IMG/VR virus record: IMGVR_UViG_3300046092_000155
Span: 1 to 36,398 of that record
Origin: a virus
Taxonomy: Duplodnaviria; Caudoviricetes
Length of the DNA stretch: 36,398 nucleotides
Strand: one strand, 5' to 3'
Position 1 is the first letter of the stretch. The number at the start of each line of letters is the position of its first letter. A program made the position numbers and the translations under genes. The notes under the pieces were generated by a model that worked only from the letters and a program-made list of their open reading frames with translations, was not told the DNA's origin and ran no database searches. This document shows positions 28,601-33,854 of the stretch, piece after piece.

Positions 28601-28695
28601 ATGGATTGGAATTGGTTGCGGTCGCCAAGCTTGGAACTCCGATAAAAAACCAAGGTTATTTTCCTCTCAACTTTATTGTTCGATTCGATATTTAA
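25687..28695 (+). CDS. Virion structural protein with FG-GAP beta-propeller and dockerin-like Ca loops
   Basis: Seven FG-x-S-V...GAP...G-x-V-Y-like blades (~26440-27801); two DxNxxGxxDxxD loops; C-terminus YVTSIGLYN..ELVAVAKL..P.K...RFDI. Confidence 0.72.
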   Translation: MIKSLSKEDISATPFVVSKRWQTPGPLLNFLLTDTNYTPSSSGDNFAVGINYTDFLAGIKYPCFSTGSFNYYDKSFTETSESIRSYPNPSDFYTTTSVASVRNDDFNLTLEEDDDRFVKVEAGIKIEKYIRFLPVSESKNVNGTYKRLVYDQIKNSYYSDTKDPTKLLGLENIDLFLDKSNRSIGNQIKVATLPQAYYGDAIQKGTVRVRDESQEQSITFVDDGNGNIITSGSVFGKIIKDEIHSSSLFPNLGYSVSTSEFYTAIGAPSFRSTKTKTGSVEIYKHERLVSDKFIHDKTIFLVTESLGHIGNVNISQSDFGKAVDCHENLMAVSCTELRYGISSVPGTSSAFVSIYNLETSSLHPVQIISHELSSSEQSRSFGHCISLNDNYLVVGSPFSSTDGKRGTVYLYKSGSSGYQYETFLTGSESSDIYFGASLEIDHNFNRIVVGNGSLNNTASKVYLFESSSTGWSETKKFSPTKENDNLFFLPIAPYFNQNNTMDGFGNSVSIYCSSSNDVKIAVGAPYDRNIKEYSGSLCVRNGAVYVFEKHHCYLNGSTGSHWSEERLFGDYDNFHSNRFGHCVSIYDNTLAVSSPKYISEYTASYIKETLKNSPIDQEFHDHDYNGLLYVYTSSVSESWDVLAKYKPKKSNNRPYGFFANDVEIYENNLVTGDPLPLLDASIDSIDYTFSNQNMSQSFNGGFHIFDTDDLYKNHHVGNVFYRTGTMVFTSNLSTFQSVFENGFNLIPVYDIEYKSLERFHEKEIICTVNPGEFNFSTNPTACQVSSSTLDLNSNGRFDFVDCDFILRSIFKKHNNRETWWEIFNFEDPHTERDISDSSVFKYHVSSSFENKTHVSLIGTTVSDETYTRVTEDLFSSLDINDDGKTDESDIKILWRFFTGRLTPDVCSLASNSTAISSNNRKTYDETLRYLYELTGKGRARSIKSEFLHDSTIDSFTTGSNLTPYVTSIGLYNGLELVAVAKLGTPIKNQGYFPLNFIVRFDI

Positions 28696-28699
28696 TCTA

Positions 28700-28707
28700 T
28701 ATTTATA
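28700..28707 (+). promoter_or_regulatory. TATTTATA putative late promoter
   Basis: 3 nt before ATG 28711. Confidence 0.55.
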
Positions 28708-28710
28708 CAC

Positions 28711-28938
28711 ATGGCACAACAAATCGAAAGAAAATCGTTAGTCACTACTCTTGAGGAACGATATAAGAATGGCACCGCAGGCGGGGCGTTTGATGCCAAG
28801 TCAGCGGGGAAGGAATATTCCAACTCTTTTGACGACACATTTGCTGATGGTTTCACTCGGGGAGGAACGTCCACAAATTTCCCAAAGAAAGAATCGATTT
28901 TCTTAAAGGGACATTCTACCGAAAAATATAAAGGTTAA
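28711..28938 (+). CDS. Small hypothetical protein
   Basis: 75-aa ORF with TATTTATA directly upstream. Confidence 0.65.
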   Translation: MAQQIERKSLVTTLEERYKNGTAGGAFDAKSAGKEYSNSFDDTFADGFTRGGTSTNFPKKESIFLKGHSTEKYKG

Positions 28939-28952
28939 CCACGGGGTTGACC
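28933..28952 (+). terminator. Possible hairpin/terminator at structural-replication boundary
   Basis: GGTTAACC-ACGG-GGTTGACC, 8-bp stem with one G-U pair, followed by TATGTATTT (weak U tract). Confidence 0.3.
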
Positions 28953-28963
28953 TATGTATTTAC

Positions 28964-29476
28964 ATGATATGTGGACTTGATGCTTCGACATCTACAATAG
29001 GGTGGGCACTGACAGATAGTGGGATTATACTCGACGCTGGGTTTGTTGATATAACGGACTGCGCTACGCATAAGGAAAAATCCTTCAAGCTAATCGGTGT
29101 CCTACGTAACCATCCACTGTTTACAAAGATTGACCGTTTCCATCTTGAGGCTGCTTTGAGTGGCTATGCGGGTGGATTTACTTCCCAGCAGGTGATAATA
29201 AAACTATCCCGTTTCAATGCGGTATTTGAATACATCATAACCGAAGAGATGGGGAAACCCGTTGATTTGTGGAACGTCAACACTGCTAGAAAGAACGTCC
29301 TCGGAAAATGCCGGGAGAAAGGCGTAAAATCTAAGGTCTTTGTAGAAGCAAATCTTTCACGGATTCACGACATTCACAAATTCGATGTCGTAAATAAAAA
29401 GGGAAATGCTGATAAAAGAAATAGCGACATCTATGATGCTATGGTTTTAGCATTGGCAACCATAGGGTCCAGTTAA
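28964..29476 (+). CDS. RuvC-like Holliday junction resolvase
   Basis: RNase H-fold GLDASTSTIGWA, catalytic Glu (HLEAAL), terminal DIYDAM. Confidence 0.8.
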   Translation: MICGLDASTSTIGWALTDSGIILDAGFVDITDCATHKEKSFKLIGVLRNHPLFTKIDRFHLEAALSGYAGGFTSQQVIIKLSRFNAVFEYIITEEMGKPVDLWNVNTARKNVLGKCREKGVKSKVFVEANLSRIHDIHKFDVVNKKGNADKRNSDIYDAMVLALATIGSS

Positions 29477-29482
29477 TATATG

Positions 29483-29511
29483 TTGAACTCACTTGGGTTT
29501 GTTGATAGAGT
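29483..29511 (+). promoter_or_regulatory. Putative sigma70-type promoter for primase
   Basis: TTGAAC-N17-TAGAGT, ending 9 nt before the ATG at 29521. Confidence 0.4.
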
Positions 29512-29520
29512 GTAAAGTGA

Positions 29521-30492
29521 ATGACACTGGAAGAGAAGATTTCACTTCTAAATAAAGTATTGAATCAGAAGGCGAGGATACGCAAGGGAACTGATGCTGT
29601 GTATTTCTGTCCTAAGTGTAAGCACCACAAAAGAAAACTGGAAATCAATCTAACCACGGGAAAGTATAACTGTTGGGTATGCAGTTTCTCAGGACTTAAT
29701 CTCACCACTCTTCTGAGGAAGTTGGATGCTCCGAAAAAATACTACTCACTACTGAACGACACGGTTACTAGGCCATCTCCCTTTCACCCCGTAGAGTCGA
29801 TTAGAATTGACTTTGGTGTTCCACGGGAAGAAATCGTGTCACCGACTCTACCAGACGAATACCGTCCTCTGCACATTTTCAACAACACGTCAGAGTACAG
29901 AGACGCTATCAACTACTTGATAGAACGGAAAGTGACAAAGAGTGATATATTGAGATATCGCATAGGATATTGTCCCGTTGGTTTTTATAAACATCGGATA
30001 ATAGTACCGTCTCACGATAAGGAAGGTAGTTTGAATTTTTTTGTGGGTAGGAGTTATTACAATTCGCCATTGAAATATAGTAACTCAGAAACATCTAAGG
30101 ATGTGATAGGATTTGAATCAGCTGTGGATTTTAATCAAGAACTTACATTGGTCGAGGGAGTGTTCGATGCATTAGCAGTCAGATATAACTGCGTTCCTCT
30201 ATTTGGGAAAAATTTATCACGTAGGTTGAAATCCGAGTTGATTTCCACCCCGCCGCCGGTCGTGAACGTATTGCTAGATTCTGATGCTTTTACATCGGCG
30301 ACTAGAATTGTCGAATTTTTAATGAAAAATAACATATCAACGAGGCTTATAAATATTGGTAAAAAAGACCCTTCGGTGATAGGATTCGATGAAACGTGGA
30401 GAATCATACGACAATCCGATATTTTGGATTTTGAATCTATGGTAGCTATGAAAATGAGACTAAACTATGAATGTGAAAAAGTTGAATTGTAA
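29521..30492 (+). CDS. DNA primase (Zn finger + TOPRIM)
   Basis: CPKC...CWVC zinc-binding; YLIER...YRIGY, RIIVP, FVGR; TOPRIM LVEGVFDA and LLDSDA. Confidence 0.9.
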   Translation: MTLEEKISLLNKVLNQKARIRKGTDAVYFCPKCKHHKRKLEINLTTGKYNCWVCSFSGLNLTTLLRKLDAPKKYYSLLNDTVTRPSPFHPVESIRIDFGVPREEIVSPTLPDEYRPLHIFNNTSEYRDAINYLIERKVTKSDILRYRIGYCPVGFYKHRIIVPSHDKEGSLNFFVGRSYYNSPLKYSNSETSKDVIGFESAVDFNQELTLVEGVFDALAVRYNCVPLFGKNLSRRLKSELISTPPPVVNVLLDSDAFTSATRIVEFLMKNNISTRLINIGKKDPSVIGFDETWRIIRQSDILDFESMVAMKMRLNYECEKVEL

Positions 30493-31204
30493 TATTTCCG
30501 AATTCGCGGGTGTATTGCACGTCGCTGACATTCACATTCGACTGACCAAGCGTCACGATGAGTATAAATTGGTATTCGACCGACTATACAAGGACATAAC
30601 AATGACGCCGGTAAATACATGTGTAGCGGTGCTGGGCGACTTGTTTCATTCAAAATCAGACCTCAGCCCTGAATGCGTCAGTTTAGCAAGTGACTTCTTG
30701 AAGAGGATAGCCGATCTAAGGCCGACCATTTTAATAGCAGGAAACCACGACGCTACGCTTGCCAACAAAAGTAGGATGGATAGTTTGAGTCCCGTTGTTA
30801 ACGCTCTAAATCACCCCAATCTTTTTTATCTAAAAGACACAGGTTTGTATATTCTAGGGGACATTTTATTCAATCATATGTCGGTGTTCGATGAACCGGA
30901 GAACTATATAAAGGCAAGTGACATACCGAAGGTTTATCGTCACCAAACTAGATACCTCGTTGGTCTATTTCATGGCCCGGTCGACAAAGCTATGACCGAC
31001 GTTGGATACGAAGTGAGCAACAGGAGCATCACGCAATCTCTGTTCGATGGACATGATATTGTGTTGCTTGGGGATATACACCGTTTCCAAGAGTTAGGGG
31101 GGGATGAAATCATTGTTAGCGAGGGTGAATTAGATGAATATATTAGGAGTGGAGATTATGAAATAATTAAAGAAGTCCACGATTCTGTTGAAGTGGGAGT
31201 CTGA
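30467..31204 (+). CDS. SbcD/Mre11-type nuclease, N-terminal fragment (motifs I-IV)
   Basis: ADIH, GDLFH, GNHD, FHG, LGDIH; last motif is missing; ends in a ~37-aa acidic extension. Confidence 0.88.
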   Translation: MNVKKLNCNISEFAGVLHVADIHIRLTKRHDEYKLVFDRLYKDITMTPVNTCVAVLGDLFHSKSDLSPECVSLASDFLKRIADLRPTILIAGNHDATLANKSRMDSLSPVVNALNHPNLFYLKDTGLYILGDILFNHMSVFDEPENYIKASDIPKVYRHQTRYLVGLFHGPVDKAMTDVGYEVSNRSITQSLFDGHDIVLLGDIHRFQELGGDEIIVSEGELDEYIRSGDYEIIKEVHDSVEVGV

Positions 31205-31259
31205 TATACAGAAAGATGATTTTGAATTATCTTTTATAGATGTGATAAAAAAACTATGA
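31158..31259 (+). pseudogene. Possible relic of Vsr/DUF559-like endonuclease in the split site
   Basis: +1 frame reads MK*LKKSTILLKWESDIQKDDFELSFIDVIKKL*; WESDI resembles the C-terminal WE motif of that family; its stop forms an ATGA overlap with 31256. Confidence 0.4.
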
Positions 31260-33838
31260 AGTATTATAAATTAAGAAAACGTGGTCCAATAAGTGTATTT
31301 TGTGGCTCTCTTATCCAACAGAACCACGGCGAGGATGTTTCTGGGCACGGATATGTCATATGGAACCTAAAAACTAAAGCGTATCGTCACCTCGACATAG
31401 GAAACGAATGTGGATTTTTTACCATAGACATCAATAAGGGAGTATTGACTACGGATATAAGTAACTTGCCGTCAAAAGTTAGACTTCGAGTTCGTTGTCT
31501 GGAATCGGTCGCGACTGAGGTGAAGGAGATAGTTTCTAATATAAGAAAAACATCAGAGATCATAGAAATAACATACGTGAGAGTTGACTCCGAACAATTA
31601 TCCACGATGAGTTCGGTTGGGATAAAAGACTTAAAACTGAGTGATTTGGATACGGTGGAGTATCAAAACAAATTGATAAGTGGGTTTCTAAAGAAGAAGG
31701 TTGTGGATGGAACTATGACAGATGAGATGTTGTCATCTATTTTCGAGATAAACAAGATTTACAACCTTCTAGTAGACAGAGAAAAAGTGGTGAGGAACAT
31801 TAGGTGGAAACCAAAAATGTTCGAGTTCAGCAACATGTTCAGCTACGGAGAAGACAATACGGTAGATTTTTCAAAAATGAAAGATGTGGTTGGTATTTTC
31901 GCTCAGAATGCTAGCGGAAAATCATCTATATTATCCGCTTTGAGTTTCTGTATTTTTGACAAATGTGACCGAGCTTTCAAGGCAACTCACATATTAAATT
32001 CACAGAAGATGTCTTTCCGATGCAAATTTAACTTTGATATAAACGGCGTTGATTTCTACATAGAGAGAATCGGAAAATCTGACAAAAAGGGGAATGTAAA
32101 AGTCGACGTTAAGTTTTGGAAAGAAGTGGACGGCAAGGTCATGGAATTAAATGGAGAAGCTAGGAGGAGCACCAACGACATGATACGTAGTTACTTGGGA
32201 ACATACGATGATTTTGTCCTAACGGTCTTATCGGTACAGAATAATCGATCCGGCAATTTCGTTGACATGGGTCAGTCGGAACGGAAGGATCTTCTTTCTC
32301 AATTCATGGGATTGGATATTTTTGACGAACTTTATCAGCCTGCTTTGGAGAAGTTGAAAGAGATGGAGTCTGAAATAAAGACGTATGTAAAATACGACAA
32401 TGGCGACGATGTGGATGAAATAACGAGAAAATTAGAAGTCGTAAGCGGCCAACACAGTTCGGCTACGGAAGAGATTTCGTCGCTGGTGTCACAGAGGGCT
32501 CTTTTAGATGAACAGATCCTCTCTATTACCGAGGGAATGGTCAAGTTTGATGAAGAGGTATCAACTGATATAGTTTCTCTCCGATCCGATGAATCTGAAT
32601 TGGTCGGTTCTCTTGAAAATCACGCGATTACAAAAAAGAGAATTGAGTTGGATTTATCCGATATGAAATTAGAACAGGATGTTCTGAAAAGTCGTTTGGA
32701 GAAATTCGTAGAATCTGAGATAGACCGGCGATTCTCGGAGGTGACGTCATTGGACGAATTGCGGAGGTCGAAGAAACACGAAATAGACAAGAAGAAAATA
32801 TTCGTGACATCGAAATTGGAGAAGCTCTCTAAACTAGATTCACATGAATATGATCCAGAGTGCAGGTTCTGTGTTAACAATGAATTTGTAAAAGACGCGT
32901 TGGATGCAAAATCTACCATAGGACAGGATAAAATAGATGCGGGGGTGATGTTGGGTGAATACTCTAAAATAGAAAAGAAGTTGGCGGATTTGTCCACGGT
33001 CAAGTCTGAATATGACGAATATAAGTCTTTGCCTGGTAAAATATCGTCTCTGGACAAGAGGATGTTCGGTATAAACAAACAACTGTTAGTTCTACAGAAC
33101 TCCGAGACGGTTGATATAAATTCTCTCAAGGAAACGAGAGTTATGATAGACCGTTATCAAAAGCAAGAAGAATCCATAAAAAACAACTTAAAGATTGAGA
33201 GCGATAGGTCTGAGCTAAAGAATCGACTGGGTGTAGTAATCCGTAAAATCGACAACATGACAGTGACTATAAACGATCTTAACGCAAAAAGGGGAAAATT
33301 GTCTTATGAGAAGGAAATTAAAGAAGCACAGTTCATTAAAGTCAAGTCATTAGAATCCGGCGTTACAGCTTACCAACACTACGTCGCAGCGGTGTCCCGC
33401 GATGGCATTCCATTTGATTTGATCTCACAAGCAGTCCCTATTATAGAAAAGGAAGTAAATACCATATTAAGCCAGATTGCGGAATTTGGTATCAACATAC
33501 TGGTGGACGGGAAGAACGTCCTCACCAATATTGTTTATAGTGACAAGTCTTGGCCACTAGAAATGTCAAGCGGACTTGAGAGGTTTTTAACCTCATTGGT
33601 TCTGAGGTCGGCTCTGATAAATATATCAAATCTTCCCAGACCTAACTTCATGGCTATAGACGAGGGATTTGGGTGTGCTGATGCCGATAATCTTGCCGCC
33701 ATGAACGCTCTGTTTTCTATACTAAAGACTCAATTTGATTTCATGTTGATAATAAGTCACCTAGATTCCATGAAGGATATGGTTGATAACACCATAGAAA
33801 TTAAAAAGGAGAATGGATTCTCGAAAATAACAGTATGA
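31256..33838 (+). CDS. SbcD C-terminal part fused to SbcC/Rad50 ATPase
   Basis: FCGSLIQQNHGE (last nuclease motif) plus cap domain, then Walker A AQNASGKSS, Q-loop, coiled coil with Zn hook CRFC, signature SSGLE, Walker B FMAIDEG, IISH. Confidence 0.92.
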   Translation: MKYYKLRKRGPISVFCGSLIQQNHGEDVSGHGYVIWNLKTKAYRHLDIGNECGFFTIDINKGVLTTDISNLPSKVRLRVRCLESVATEVKEIVSNIRKTSEIIEITYVRVDSEQLSTMSSVGIKDLKLSDLDTVEYQNKLISGFLKKKVVDGTMTDEMLSSIFEINKIYNLLVDREKVVRNIRWKPKMFEFSNMFSYGEDNTVDFSKMKDVVGIFAQNASGKSSILSALSFCIFDKCDRAFKATHILNSQKMSFRCKFNFDINGVDFYIERIGKSDKKGNVKVDVKFWKEVDGKVMELNGEARRSTNDMIRSYLGTYDDFVLTVLSVQNNRSGNFVDMGQSERKDLLSQFMGLDIFDELYQPALEKLKEMESEIKTYVKYDNGDDVDEITRKLEVVSGQHSSATEEISSLVSQRALLDEQILSITEGMVKFDEEVSTDIVSLRSDESELVGSLENHAITKKRIELDLSDMKLEQDVLKSRLEKFVESEIDRRFSEVTSLDELRRSKKHEIDKKKIFVTSKLEKLSKLDSHEYDPECRFCVNNEFVKDALDAKSTIGQDKIDAGVMLGEYSKIEKKLADLSTVKSEYDEYKSLPGKISSLDKRMFGINKQLLVLQNSETVDINSLKETRVMIDRYQKQEESIKNNLKIESDRSELKNRLGVVIRKIDNMTVTINDLNAKRGKLSYEKEIKEAQFIKVKSLESGVTAYQHYVAAVSRDGIPFDLISQAVPIIEKEVNTILSQIAEFGINILVDGKNVLTNIVYSDKSWPLEMSSGLERFLTSLVLRSALINISNLPRPNFMAIDEGFGCADADNLAAMNALFSILKTQFDFMLIISHLDSMKDMVDNTIEIKKENGFSKITV

Positions 33839-33842
33839 TACC

Positions 33843-33850
33843 TATTTATA
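33843..33850 (+). promoter_or_regulatory. TATTTATA putative late promoter
   Basis: TATTTATAGAGCATG before ATG 33855. Confidence 0.6.
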
Positions 33851-33854
33851 GAGC

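Noticed and set aside
31196-31260. T4 gene 60-style matched-codon bypass
   Set aside because: Gap size is similar, but I see no in-frame landing codon matching GTC or GGA and no obvious take-off hairpin, and the downstream half has its own ATG.
31091-31288. Split intein or self-splicing intron in the nuclease
   Set aside because: No Cys/Ser-initiated N-intein, no terminal HN followed by C/S/T, and the tags and 51-nt gap are far too short for an intein or a group I/II core.
32620-33129. 169-aa antisense ORF and the many other short overlapping track ORFs (e.g. 6838..7257, 19570..19950, 14047..14373, 34073..34378)
   Set aside because: They are shadows of well-supported genes, with no recognisable motifs or upstream signals.
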